Assembly (NCBI GenBank): GCA_038534095.1
Contig: JBCAXK010000003.1
Coordinates: 1 to 64,000 of the forward strand
DNA length: 64,000 nucleotides
DNA from: Chlamydiota bacterium
GTDB lineage: Bacteria; Chlamydiota; Chlamydiia; Chlamydiales; SM23-39
Direction: 5' to 3'
In this document: positions 48,010 through 59,408 of the stretch, piece after piece
Layout: every line of letters begins with the position of its first letter
How positions within the stretch are numbered: the first letter of the stretch is position 1
The notes under the pieces: model-generated
What the model was told of the DNA's origin: nothing
The model's input: only the letters and a program-made list of their open reading frames with translations
The model's database searches: none
Translations under genes and position numbers: made by a program

Positions 48010-49860
48010 TTAATGCACCGGTTCGACAGGATCCGTAGTTTCTAAAAGCGCTTCTAACTGCTCTACTAACGATGAAAAATGGTCAATGGCAGACGCAATT
48101 GGTTCTTTTTTTCTCATGTCAATTCCTGCAAGCTCCAACAGTTCTAAGGGGAATTTGGACCCTCCCGAAGATAAAAAGGTCAAATACCGATCTTTTGCCG
48201 CGGCATCTTTGGTGATCTCTTTCCAAAGAGCTAACGCTGCGCTAATCCCTGTCGCATATTGATAGACATAGAAGTTATAGTAGAAATGGGGAATACGTAA
48301 GCATTCGACTCCTAACAAAGGATCCATAACAAGATCAGGCCCATAATATTCTTCATGCAACTTTTGATATTCGTTACGAACGAGCTGAGGAGTGATCGGG
48401 GTTCCGTTTTCAACCCACTCGTGCAATTGAAGTTCAAATTCAGCAAATAACGTTTGCCTGAATAAAGTGCCACAAATCGAGTCGATAGCGTAACTAATTA
48501 GATAGGCTTTTTCTTCCCTACTTTCGGCTTTCCCGAGTAGATTGTGTAAGAGGAGTTGCTCGTTCAATGTGGAAGCAACTTCCGCGACAAAAATCGGATA
48601 GTTAGCGTCCACAAAAGGCTGATTTTCTCGGCTTTTTTGCGTATGCATGCTATGCCCACTTTCATGGGCTAAAGTAAACACCTCTCGAAGATTTCCACTA
48701 TCTTTGAGCGACTCAGTGCCCCCATTTACAGGAAAGTTCAAAAGAATATACGGATAGGAATCATAACACCCTCCTGAATAGGCTCCAGAGCGTTTATTTT
48801 TGTTTTCGTAAACATCGACCCACCTTTCTTCATACAAACCCTTACGAAGGGTTGTTTGGTATTCTTTGCCAAGAGCGCTTACCGAATCGACAACCGTCGC
48901 TCTCGCCTCATCGTAACTCATATTGAATCCGTTGTAGTGCACAAGCGGCACGTAGAGATCATAACGACGCAGTTCATCTAACCCTAGCACCTTCTTACGG
49001 AGCGTAACGTACTTATGAAGGGCTTGAATATTTTCTTTTACCGTACTGATCAGATTGTGGTACACCTCAGTATCGATTTTGTTATTGTAGAGAGCTGCTT
49101 CTAAAGAGTTCTGGAAATTTCTTGTCCGAGCTAAGTAAGCATGGCTAGCTACCTTTCCCTGCAAGAGCTCTGTAAAGGTATTTTCGTGAGCGGCATATTC
49201 TGCTAGAAAATTTTCATAAGCGGATTTTCTAAGCTCCCGATCCGACGAATGAAGATACCTTCCATAGGCGCTTTGACTCAGCTCCCTCTCTTGTCCGCTT
49301 CGATCAATCGCAGGTGCAAATGCAAGATCGGCGTTGTTAAGAGCGCTGAATGCCATATGTAATGAAGATAAAGGTTGCTGAGCAAGAGCTAAAAGGGACT
49401 CTTCTTTTTCTGAAAGGGTATGCTTACGTATCCTTTCCATCGATTGTAGAATTCTTTTGTAATCTTTGAGAGATTCTGATTCCAAAAGCTGGAGAAAAGT
49501 TTCTTCATCCAAACTCAATATGGCTGGCCGGATCCAAGAAGTTGCTTGTTGAAACTCCGTATGAAGGTGTTTTACTTTGATGTAGGCTTCTTTGTAGTCG
49601 GTGTTTTTCAAGTTTTCATCGTAGCGGTGATGGGCGTAGGCGTACAACTTTTCTATCCACCGCTCTAAAGAAAAAACCTGATCAAAGAGCTGCTTGGCGA
49701 TCTTAGGATCTTCTAGCTGGTCTTCATACGCCTCTTTTTTTGGCCAATCTTTTTTCTGAGAGCACTCTTGAAGATCTGCGTTCCAGTAGGATAAATCTTC
49801 GTAAATGTATTCCATGTTCCAAGTATGTTCTTGGGGAATGTCGTCTCTATCAGGAATCAT
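48010..49860 (-). CDS. pepF: Oligoendopeptidase F (M3B)
   Basis: KRSGAYS, HESGH zinc motif, FVAEVAS and PHFYYNFYVYQYA. Confidence 0.96.
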   Translation of the reverse strand: MIPDRDDIPQEHTWNMEYIYEDLSYWNADLQECSQKKDWPKKEAYEDQLEDPKIAKQLFDQVFSLERWIEKLYAYAHHRYDENLKNTDYKEAYIKVKHLHTEFQQATSWIRPAILSLDEETFLQLLESESLKDYKRILQSMERIRKHTLSEKEESLLALAQQPLSSLHMAFSALNNADLAFAPAIDRSGQERELSQSAYGRYLHSSDRELRKSAYENFLAEYAAHENTFTELLQGKVASHAYLARTRNFQNSLEAALYNNKIDTEVYHNLISTVKENIQALHKYVTLRKKVLGLDELRRYDLYVPLVHYNGFNMSYDEARATVVDSVSALGKEYQTTLRKGLYEERWVDVYENKNKRSGAYSGGCYDSYPYILLNFPVNGGTESLKDSGNLREVFTLAHESGHSMHTQKSRENQPFVDANYPIFVAEVASTLNEQLLLHNLLGKAESREEKAYLISYAIDSICGTLFRQTLFAEFELQLHEWVENGTPITPQLVRNEYQKLHEEYYGPDLVMDPLLGVECLRIPHFYYNFYVYQYATGISAALALWKEITKDAAAKDRYLTFLSSGGSKFPLELLELAGIDMRKKEPIASAIDHFSSLVEQLEALLETTDPVEPVH

Positions 49861-50369
49861 CAACCAACCTCGCTAAAAATAAACATAAAATAATGAATAT
49901 GACAATTTTTGCTATTGCTTACAATATTTTTCTAACTCAAAACGATTTCGTCAAGGTACTCCTTTTCGACTTTCTAATACAGGTCGTTGTCCCCAGCAAG
50001 TCTTTATATTGTAGAAACGTCCCATACGCCAGCAATCTTTCCCCAATTTCCCATTCTCAAATACATCATTTTCAATAAAAAAATCCTTTCTAACCTAGAT
50101 AGACAAAGATCCCTAACTCCCATGTTTCTTCCAGTCTTGTCTTGCCTATTTTCCACTTTCAAGGATTTTCCCTAGTGATCTAACGTTGGGAATGACGCTT
50201 TGCCCGACCTTCGTGCTAGTCTTGGGGCTAGGCTCTCAAACTACGTTTCTCTCAACACATCATATAAGTTTTTTTATTCTAAGAATCGATCCACTTTCGA
50301 CCTGGGTCAAAGGATTTTTTGACTTGTTAACCGGTTATTTTTCCTGCTCAAGTTAGTGATTTTGGCAGC

Positions 50370-50397
50370 TTGCTTTTATCTCAGACAGTTCTATAAT
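50370..50397 (+). promoter_or_regulatory. Putative upstream groE promoter
   Basis: TTGCTT-N16-TATAAT. Confidence 0.5.
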
Positions 50398-50428
50398 GCG
50401 CAGGTAATCTAGGCAGAGGCACACTTGT

Positions 50429-50455
50429 TTAGCAGACTTTTAGGGTAAGTGCTAA
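50429..50455 (+). promoter_or_regulatory. CIRCE element (HrcA operator), degenerate
   Basis: TTAGCAGAC-N9-AAGTGCTAA versus consensus TTAGCACTC-N9-GAGTGCTAA, upstream of groES. Confidence 0.85.
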
Positions 50456-50527
50456 TCTTTATTGCGCAAAAAGTGCTTTTTCGCTAAGCTGGTCAATATA
50501 AAAACGAGATAATGGAGGTCAACAACT

Positions 50528-50839
50528 ATGACGAAACATTCTGAAGCAAAACAAGTTTCTTTGAAGCCTGTGGGTTTCCGCGTGCTTGCAAAGCGTCTAG
50601 AGCAAGAAGAGGTTATGAAAGGTGGAATCATTATTCCCGACTCTGCAAAGAAGAAACAAGAAACGCTCGTCGTCATCCGCGTAGGTCAACCTCAGATCGT
50701 TGATGGTAAAGAAATTCCTATTCCAGTAAATGAGGGTGATCATATCCTTATGGATAAATATTCTGGACAAGAAGTCACTATCAATGATGAAGAGTTTGTG
50801 ATCATTAAAGCAGATGAAATCGTAGCTATTGTTGAATAA
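50528..50839 (+). CDS. groES: Co-chaperonin GroES
   Basis: LKPVGFRVL, GGIIIPDSAK and DKYSG. Confidence 0.97.
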   Translation: MTKHSEAKQVSLKPVGFRVLAKRLEQEEVMKGGIIIPDSAKKKQETLVVIRVGQPQIVDGKEIPIPVNEGDHILMDKYSGQEVTINDEEFVIIKADEIVAIVE

Positions 50840-50844
50840 TTTAA

Positions 50845-52491
<1,647 letters not shown>

Positions 52492-52500
52492 TCCTTCCGA

Positions 52501-52532
52501 AAAAGGCGCTTTTTATAAGCGCCTTTTTTTTT
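52501..52532 (+). terminator. Intrinsic terminator of groESL
   Basis: AAAAGGCGCTT-tttat-AAGCGCCTTTT followed by a long T run. Confidence 0.9.
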
Positions 52533-52578
52533 GAAAAATTTCTTTTCTAATAAAAATCCATACAGTTATAAGAAATGT

Positions 52579-53244
52579 ATGAGATTGTTGATCAAGCTAC
52601 TCCTCTCTTTCATTCTAATTGTTCTCATTGTTTTGGGCATTGCCTGGGTCTTTCGAGCAAAAATTGTTGCGCACTACATTTCAAAATCTCTCAACGACGC
52701 TAAAGTAACCGTGCAGCATTTTCATTACGAAGATGCGTCTTTCAAAATAGAAGATTTAGAGATTTTCAATATAGATGATGAAAGAACAACTGCCTTTTCT
52801 GCTGAAATGATTGAAATCGACGCTTCTTGGAAAGATCTGACAAAAACGCCTCTCGTGATTGAAGCAATCGAACTGTCCAATTTATCCATTCAAATTGAAG
52901 TGAGCTCAAATGGCACAACAAACTGGGATCGTCTACTCAAAGAACAGAATAAAAGCCGAAAGAAAAAACCCTCAAAAGCCTATCTCATTCAAGAGCTCAC
53001 TTTAAGAAATTTATTTGTGACGGTCACAACCGCAAATGGCAAGGTGACGCAGTACCCGATGATTGATGAACTGGTTTTGTACAATATTTCTAATGAAACA
53101 GGCTTCCCCTTGCGCGAAGTGGAAAAAGCGATTTTCCAAATCGTGTTGAGGAAGCTGTTTGAAGATTTTGGTATACGAATCATAGATAATATCCTAAAAG
53201 GAATTGTTCCAGATCCGAGTAACCTCCCTTTTTTAGGACGTTAG
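52579..53244 (+). CDS. AsmA/DUF748-like membrane-anchored protein
   Basis: N-terminal TM then a beta-rich region with NGTTNWDRL. Confidence 0.7.
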   Translation: MRLLIKLLLSFILIVLIVLGIAWVFRAKIVAHYISKSLNDAKVTVQHFHYEDASFKIEDLEIFNIDDERTTAFSAEMIEIDASWKDLTKTPLVIEAIELSNLSIQIEVSSNGTTNWDRLLKEQNKSRKKKPSKAYLIQELTLRNLFVTVTTANGKVTQYPMIDELVLYNISNETGFPLREVEKAIFQIVLRKLFEDFGIRIIDNILKGIVPDPSNLPFLGR

Positions 53245-53795
53245 TTTTCTTTCACAAAGACTTTGAGAATCACCTGCTTTTCCAAAGGTTTATTCATGAC
53301 AGGTTCGGTGGTCGTTTCTTCAATTTTGCGCACAACCGATTTCCCAGAAATTACCTTACCAAAAATCGTATGGCGACCATTTAACCAAGGAGTAGCAACC
53401 GTTGTAATGAAAAACTGACTTCCATTTGTATTTGGTCCACTATTTGCCATCGCTAAAAGATAAGGACGATCAAAAATCAGATCAGAGGAACACTCATCTT
53501 GAAACGCTTTGCCCCAAATCGAAGCTCCGCCCCTTCCTGTTCCTGTGGGATCTCCCCCTTGAATCATAAAATTTTTAATGACCCGGTGGAAAATCACCCC
53601 TTCGTAATACTTATTTTCAGCTAGCTTCAAAAAATTTTCACAAGCTTTTGGAGCAACATCTGTCAATAATTCGATTTCGATCTCCCCTTGATTTGTTTCA
53701 ATCACTACGATTGGCGCTTTTTTTGTCTCTTGCATAAACGACCCCATACATATAAATAAAATGATTCCAAATAAACCATGATAAAGAAGTTTCAT
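53241..53795 (-). CDS. Cyclophilin-type peptidyl-prolyl isomerase
   Basis: FHRVIKNFMIQGGDP, AMANSGPNTNGSQFFIT and HTIFGKV. Confidence 0.96.
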   Translation of the reverse strand: MKLLYHGLFGIILFICMGSFMQETKKAPIVVIETNQGEIEIELLTDVAPKACENFLKLAENKYYEGVIFHRVIKNFMIQGGDPTGTGRGGASIWGKAFQDECSSDLIFDRPYLLAMANSGPNTNGSQFFITTVATPWLNGRHTIFGKVISGKSVVRKIEETTTEPVMNKPLEKQVILKVFVKEN

Positions 53796-53969
53796 AATAT
53801 CTCCTACAGTTTTTTATATTCCATTTACAAAGGAAAGAACCTATCATCAAAAGGTCCTTACTCTGCAAAAAAGTCCTTACAAGTATCTCTTGCTTCCGAA
53901 GATAACTCAAGAGATAACTGCAACCTTTCGCGCTATCGGTGTACTTGGGACTGTTTTTAGGGACTAGCA

Positions 53970-54185
53970 GGCAGCTCTATTGCGTTCAGTTTTGCGCTTC
54001 TTTACAAGAAGCGTACTTCAAAGAGATAGAACCACCTTTGACCTTAGTTCCTATCACCTTCTGTTACAAATCACAGGACTCTTTCAGAATTACCGAAGGA
54101 GAGCGATCCATTCTAAAGATGTCTTCAAAGGGACATTGATCTCAAACAAGCAGCTTTAGACGAAAAAGGTTCTTTAGAGGCAAAC
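53970..54185 (+). mobile_element. Possible highly decayed IS1634 internal fragment
   Basis: Peptide fragments YHLLLQITGLFQNYRRR...KGTLISNKQ; 54156-54184 weakly resembles 55433-55461. Confidence 0.25.
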
Positions 54186-54278
54186 AAACCGAAGTGGGCG
54201 ATGCATTTCTCCAATTCGCAAAAATTCTTGTTTCGAGTACTTTGTATATATTTTGATGCGCGATGGTAAAAGGGAGCA

Positions 54279-55205
54279 ATGGACACCTCTTTTTTCAAGA
54301 TTTTTGCTGGTATTGCGCTCCTTTACTTGGGGGCTAGCTGGCTTGTAAAATCGGCCACCACCCTCGCCCTTAGAGCTGGCGTTTCTCCTTTTTTAATCGG
54401 GTTAACCATTGTAGGGTATGGGACAAGCCTACCCGAACTCATCACAACCGTGCAAGCCGCGGCAAAAGGCTACCCAGATATTGCAGCTGGCAATATTTTT
54501 GGTTCCAATATTTTGAATACTTCATTGATTTTAGGATTGGGCATCATGATCAGGCCCACTTTTTGTAAAAAAAAGGTGCGGTTTTTTGACGCCCCTTTCA
54601 TGCTCGTTTCTTCTATTTTACTTTTTTTTACTCCCTACCTGCCCGGTTTTCATCGGATATGGGGCTTTTTTTTACTGCTACTACTCGCTTTTTTTACGCT
54701 AGCTGCCTACTTATGCAGGAACCTTGATCTGGATGATTCTGAGTTTTCCAGTAACCAAAGCCTACCCTTGGCTGCCTGCCTTCTCCCGATAGGCATCATC
54801 CTTCTTTTGTATGGGGCGCATATTTTCCTGACAGGCTCAACGCTCTTAGCAGAAAAGTTTCACCTTTCTGAAACCTTTATTGGACTTACCATAACAGCGC
54901 TTGGAACCTCACTACCAGAGCTAGCAACCACCATTGTTGCCGCTTGGAGAAAACAACCTATGCTCCTTGTCGGGGGAATCATCGGATCGAGTATCTATAA
55001 TACGTTAGGTATTTTGGGCGCTGTAAGCGCTCTATATTCGATTTCTTTGGAAGGGATATCCCCTTTCGACAGTCTATTTATGATCTTTCTTAGCCTTTGG
55101 GTTTGCCTTTTATTGTGGATCAGATCTTATTTGGGACGCTTCTTTGGCGCTCTGCTTTGTATCAGTTATTTTCTTTATTTATACATCCTTGTCTTTGCTA
55201 GCTAA
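54279..55205 (+). CDS. Ca2+/Na+ antiporter (YrbG/CaCA family)
   Basis: Two alpha repeats, GTSLPEL...GNIFGSN and GTSLPEL...GGIIGSS. Confidence 0.92.
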   Translation: MDTSFFKIFAGIALLYLGASWLVKSATTLALRAGVSPFLIGLTIVGYGTSLPELITTVQAAAKGYPDIAAGNIFGSNILNTSLILGLGIMIRPTFCKKKVRFFDAPFMLVSSILLFFTPYLPGFHRIWGFFLLLLLAFFTLAAYLCRNLDLDDSEFSSNQSLPLAACLLPIGIILLLYGAHIFLTGSTLLAEKFHLSETFIGLTITALGTSLPELATTIVAAWRKQPMLLVGGIIGSSIYNTLGILGAVSALYSISLEGISPFDSLFMIFLSLWVCLLLWIRSYLGRFFGALLCISYFLYLYILVFAS

Positions 55206-55206
55206 C

Positions 55207-55586
55207 CTTAGGCATCTAAGGATTGTGCGTGTTGTGCGTGAAGAGGCAGGGCTGCAGGAAACGGCAGGCCAGTTGATGCCTTCTGATCCTCAGATGGCCA
55301 TGAGCTTGGGTGAATGCCTAAAGTTGACGGCGCTCGATGGACTGGGATTTGCGTCTAGACCCCTTTATTTAGAAGGACAATTCTTTGCAAATAGGCCGGT
55401 AAAGAAGCTACTAGATAGCGATTAAGGAAAAATAGAAGAGAAAAGAGCTTTTTTAGGCAGGTTGATCCTCGCTACCAAAGAGTTAAACGCAGAAAAAGTT
55501 ACTTCTCTTGTAACTCCACGCTCGATAGCCCTTTGTAAAGAGCGTTCTGTGAAAATTATGTTTTGACGAACGGTTTTAGATGTTTG
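55207..55586 (+). mobile_element. IS1634-family transposase remnant, internally deleted
   Basis: LRHLRIV...DPQMAMSLGECLKL..LDGLGFASRPLYL..QFFANRPVKKLL (N-terminal DUF4277-like), then in frame GRLILATKEL, and later NGFRCL. Confidence 0.8.
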
Positions 55587-55608
55587 GTCCTAAAGCGTGA
55601 TGGCGTAT

Positions 55609-55717
55609 ACATTCTCCAGGAAGTACAAAGTATAAAACGTACTCAAAATCACTTCTCTATCAATAGAAATAACCTTGAAGACGTTTTTTGCCAGGAAATT
55701 TCAATGCGATCGCCCTG
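55609..55717 (+). mobile_element. ISAs1-family right-end remnant with intact terminal IR
   Basis: Homologous to the minus strand of 29410-29510; ends ATGCGATCGCCCTG (55704-55717), the reverse complement of the left-end CAGGGCGATCGCAT. Confidence 0.8.
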
Positions 55718-55736
55718 TAATTTCAGAAAAACCCCC

Positions 55737-55765
55737 TTGACAAGGGGAGTAAAAAAAATTAGAAT
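55737..55765 (+). promoter_or_regulatory. Near-consensus sigma66/70 promoter
   Basis: TTGACA-N17-TAGAAT; GGAGG SD before ATG 55794/55797. Confidence 0.75.
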
Positions 55766-55796
55766 TCAACATAAGGATAGTTATAGGGAGGTAATG

Positions 55797-56054
55797 ATGA
55801 TTTTACGTTTTATTGTGATGTTGCTAGTAGTCGTAGGTGCGATTAACTGGGGGCTTTGGGGATTTTTTCAATATGATCTAGTAGCATCTCTACTAGGTGG
55901 CCAGTCAGCTCCATTAGCAAGATTGGTCTACGCGATTGTGGGAATTGCTGGGATTTGGGCCATTAGCTTTTTTCCTGCCGTTTGTAAATCTTCTTCTTGC
56001 TGTTCTGGAGAGTCGAGCTCTTCTCACAATGACAAGAATCATGGAGATTCATGA
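55797..56054 (+). CDS. DUF378 family small membrane protein
   Basis: LVVVGAINWGLWGFFQYDLVA..LGG...RLVYAIVG. The ORF-track extension from 55563 is IS sequence. Confidence 0.9.
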   Translation: MILRFIVMLLVVVGAINWGLWGFFQYDLVASLLGGQSAPLARLVYAIVGIAGIWAISFFPAVCKSSSCCSGESSSSHNDKNHGDS

Positions 56055-56074
56055 ACAATTACAAGTAGGTAACT

Positions 56075-56977
56075 TTGCGGATACTTATTTCAGGATCGAG
56101 TGGTTTTATAGGGACTTCCCTTTTTGCTCATCTCAAAACCAAAGGGCATGAGGTTATCTCTTTGGTTCGCGATGAAAAAAAAGGGGGAGTCTTTTTCCCT
56201 TTCGAAGGGAAGGGAGACGCATCTGCGTTAGAGAAACACTTTGATGCAGTGATCCATTTATGCGGAGAAAACATTGCTAGTGGCAGATGGACAAAAAAGA
56301 AAAAACAGCGTCTTGTAGAGAGCAGGATCAACACCACTGAGCAGCTTGTACGCGCCATCAATCAACTCCGCGATCCACCAAAACACCTTTTGGTGGCGTC
56401 AGGTCTTAGCTATTTCGGTTCAAGAGGAGACGCTTGGCTAACCGAATCGTCTCTTCCTGGGGAGGGGTTTTTAGCAAACCTTTGTCAAGATTGGGAACAG
56501 GCGGCTAAAGGAGCTATTTGCCCTGTATCTTATCTCCGTTTTGGGATGGTTCTAGGGCCCTACGGAAAGAAAAGCGCTCTTGATCAGATGATTCCCTTAG
56601 CAAAGAAAGGCTTAAGCGCTGTTTTGGGAACTGGGCGTCAGTACCTTTCTTGGATACACATCGATGACGCTGTCAGGGCGGTTGAATGGATTTTGAAAAA
56701 ATCGTTAGAGGGTCCTGTCAACATCTGCTCTCAAGTGCCTGCGCAGCAAAAGGATTTTGCCAATCAGTTAGCAAAGTCTTTGCGCAGATGCCGCTTTCTA
56801 CGCATACCTTCTTCTATTTTATCTCTGATCATTGGAGAAATGGCCCAGGAGCTCTTGCTCGCTAGCACAAGAGCGATGCCTGACAAATTATTGAAAGCAG
56901 GTTTTTGCTTCAAGTATCCTGAGCTTGAGCAGGCTTTGAGGGAGATCATCTCTTCTACAAAAACGGCAGCAAGTTAG
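56075..56977 (+). CDS. TIGR01777-family epimerase/oxidoreductase
   Basis: ISGSSGFIG, HLCGENI...RWT, SWIHIDD and GF.FKYP. Confidence 0.9.
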   Translation: MRILISGSSGFIGTSLFAHLKTKGHEVISLVRDEKKGGVFFPFEGKGDASALEKHFDAVIHLCGENIASGRWTKKKKQRLVESRINTTEQLVRAINQLRDPPKHLLVASGLSYFGSRGDAWLTESSLPGEGFLANLCQDWEQAAKGAICPVSYLRFGMVLGPYGKKSALDQMIPLAKKGLSAVLGTGRQYLSWIHIDDAVRAVEWILKKSLEGPVNICSQVPAQQKDFANQLAKSLRRCRFLRIPSSILSLIIGEMAQELLLASTRAMPDKLLKAGFCFKYPELEQALREIISSTKTAAS

Positions 56978-56984
56978 AGGATCT

Positions 56985-57596
56985 ATGTTAGATTTTTCCG
57001 CAGATTCCCCCTGTGTACTCATCTGGACAAGCCCTCGCAAGGCAATACAAAAGATCATCGAAACCCATCCAAACTACCTCAATTTTCCCTTGGCTTTTTT
57101 GATCTCTTTAGATCGCCTACTCTTTGAAGCCAGCCAGCAATCTTTAGGCCTGCACTACAATTACTCAGTCATTTTGGGTTTGGCCATTTTGATTGGCATA
57201 GGATACGCTTTTGTATGGCTCTACTTTTTTGGTTGGATTTTGCAGCAAATTGGCAAGTGTTTTGGAGGCTCTGCCCCTTTTGCTCACGTAAGAACTGTTC
57301 TGGCTTGGGCCGGAGCCCCAGCGTTACTCTCGATTGCAGTCTGGTTTGCTCTTTTGCTTTTTTTCCCAAAGTCGACGTTCATCAAAATGGACAGCGGACC
57401 TTCTCTTCTATTTTTGTACTTCATCATGCTTATTCCAAGCGTTTGGAGCCTGGCTATAGGGATTATAGGGCTGCAAGAAGTGCAGCATTTTTCCGTAGGA
57501 AAAGCCGTGGGCAATTGGATCATTTTTTTTGCTATCTTTCTCTTATTCCAAAAGATAGGATTTTTTCTATGGGCATATTTCTTGACTTTTATGTGA
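56985..57596 (+). CDS. YIP1-family membrane protein
   Basis: IWTSPR, GGSAPF...R..LAW and EVQHFS..KA; multi-TM. Confidence 0.8.
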   Translation: MLDFSADSPCVLIWTSPRKAIQKIIETHPNYLNFPLAFLISLDRLLFEASQQSLGLHYNYSVILGLAILIGIGYAFVWLYFFGWILQQIGKCFGGSAPFAHVRTVLAWAGAPALLSIAVWFALLLFFPKSTFIKMDSGPSLLFLYFIMLIPSVWSLAIGIIGLQEVQHFSVGKAVGNWIIFFAIFLLFQKIGFFLWAYFLTFM

Positions 57597-57611
57597 AGAA
57601 AAGACCATAAT
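57582..57611 (+). promoter_or_regulatory. Putative gatCAB promoter
   Basis: TTGACT-N18-CATAAT. Confidence 0.45.
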
Positions 57612-57633
57612 ATTTATAAACCTACTTTTTTCT

Positions 57634-57948
57634 ATGTCTGATTTCACCGAAGATACGCTCCGTTATTTAGAGAAACTTTCTTGCATTCAATGCGACCCTG
57701 AAGAGGAAGAGAAAATTGCTCGCAGTTTGAAAAAAATTTTGGATTACGTAGAGCAGCTCGATGAAATCGACACAAAAGATATCCCCACTTTTTGGTCAGA
57801 CAACCTTTCTTTTACAAGGCAAACGCTACGAGACGATCTCCCAAAAAATCTTCTCGATCACGATACTTATTTAGACAATGTCTCTGAAAAAACCGCTGGC
57901 ATGATCAGGGTTCCTACCATTCTTGGTCCAAAAGGTGAGGAGCAATGA
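57634..57948 (+). CDS. gatC: Asp/Glu-tRNA amidotransferase subunit C
   Basis: ILDYVEQLDEIDT, LRDD and RVPTIL; precedes gatA. Confidence 0.93.
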   Translation: MSDFTEDTLRYLEKLSCIQCDPEEEEKIARSLKKILDYVEQLDEIDTKDIPTFWSDNLSFTRQTLRDDLPKNLLDHDTYLDNVSEKTAGMIRVPTILGPKGEEQ

Positions 57949-59408
57949 AGGATTTACACACCTTTTCTGCAAAAAAATTGCGCGATCTTTTTCTGAAAGG
58001 GGATCTTTCAGCCGAGACCATCACCAAGCACTTTTTGTCTAGGATACAAACACATAACAAACGGCTTGGCGCTTTTTTAAAAGTCTTTGATGAGAAGTCA
58101 CAAAAACAAGCGCGCGCTTTGGATAAAAAACGCTCTGCGGGAAAGCCTTTAGGCAAGCTTGCTGGCATTCCCATTGGGATCAAAGATAATACGCACATTC
58201 AGGGGGAAATCACGACCTGCGCCTCAAAGTTTTTAGAACATTATCGAGCCCCTTTTAGCGCTAGCGTTGTCCGTTTTATGGAAGAAGAAGATGCTCTATT
58301 TTTAGGAAAGCTCAATTTAGATGAGTTTTCTATGGGCTCATCGAACGAAAACTCTGCTTATATGAACGCGCACAATCCTTGGAACACTGCCTGTACCCCA
58401 GGAGGTTCTTCTGGAGGGTCGGCAGCAGCGGTTTCAGCAAGACTTGTTCCTATGGCTACAGGGAGTGATACAGGGGGCTCAATCCGCCAACCGGCCGCTT
58501 TTTGTGGGATTGTGGGTTTCAAGCCCACCTACGGGCGCGTTTCCCGTTATGGACTTGTCGCTTTCGGATCTTCTCTCGATCAGATAGGCCCTCTAGCTTC
58601 CTCTGTAGAAGATGCCGCGCTCATGATGGAAACCATTGGGCGCCCTTGCTCCCACGATCCGACCACCCTCTCTCTACCTGCAGATTCGTATTTAGATGCC
58701 AGTATTACCGACTTAAAGGGGAAAGTGATCGGTGTCCCTTGGTCTTTTTTGAACAATTTACAAACAACTTCCCAAAAAAACTTTCAAACCTCTATCGATA
58801 CCCTCAAAGATTTGGGAGCGAAAATCGAAGAGGTGGACCTTTCTCTCCTACGCTATTCGATTGCTGTGTACTACATCTTAGCGACTGCAGAAGCTTCGAC
58901 AAACCTGTCTCGCTTTGATGGCATTCGTTATGGAACGCGTTCTGCAAGCGGCAGCTCGTTTGAAGAAATTTATCAAAAATCCCGTAATGAAGGTTTTGGT
59001 GACGAAGTCAAAAAGCGGATTTTACTCGGCACATTCGTCCTCTCTGCTGGGCATCAAGATGAGTTTTACAGAAAAGCACAAAAAATGCGGTATCTCATCC
59101 AAAAATCGTTCAACGAAGCCTTTGCAAAATGTGACTATGTGGTCATGCCCACATCCCCTGTATCAGCGTTCCCTTTGAATTCTTTTCAAGATCCTTTTGA
59201 TATGTACTTGCAAGATATCTTGAGTATCCCTGCAAATCTTGCCTGTTTACCCGCTGTTTCTGTACCGGCAGGTTTTGATGAAAAAAACATGCCGCTCAGT
59301 TTGCAAATTCTTGGACCACAGTGTCACGACTCTCTTGTTCTACAAGCAGCCCACGCATTTGAGAAGGCGACTCCCTACAAACATAGGATTCCTGAGGCCT
59401 TTGCATGA
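57945..59408 (+). CDS. gatA: Asp/Glu-tRNA amidotransferase subunit A
   Basis: Amidase signature GGSSGGSAAAV, GSDTGGSIRQPA, RFDGIRYG and EVKKRILLGT. Confidence 0.97.
   Translation: MKDLHTFSAKKLRDLFLKGDLSAETITKHFLSRIQTHNKRLGAFLKVFDEKSQKQARALDKKRSAGKPLGKLAGIPIGIKDNTHIQGEITTCASKFLEHYRAPFSASVVRFMEEEDALFLGKLNLDEFSMGSSNENSAYMNAHNPWNTACTPGGSSGGSAAAVSARLVPMATGSDTGGSIRQPAAFCGIVGFKPTYGRVSRYGLVAFGSSLDQIGPLASSVEDAALMMETIGRPCSHDPTTLSLPADSYLDASITDLKGKVIGVPWSFLNNLQTTSQKNFQTSIDTLKDLGAKIEEVDLSLLRYSIAVYYILATAEASTNLSRFDGIRYGTRSASGSSFEEIYQKSRNEGFGDEVKKRILLGTFVLSAGHQDEFYRKAQKMRYLIQKSFNEAFAKCDYVVMPTSPVSAFPLNSFQDPFDMYLQDILSIPANLACLPAVSVPAGFDEKNMPLSLQILGPQCHDSLVLQAAHAFEKATPYKHRIPEAFA

Noticed and set aside
55563..55796. 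N-terminally extended DUF378 fusion protein
   Set aside because: The extension is IS debris plus promoter; an SD and ATG at 55794/55797 give the normal-length protein.
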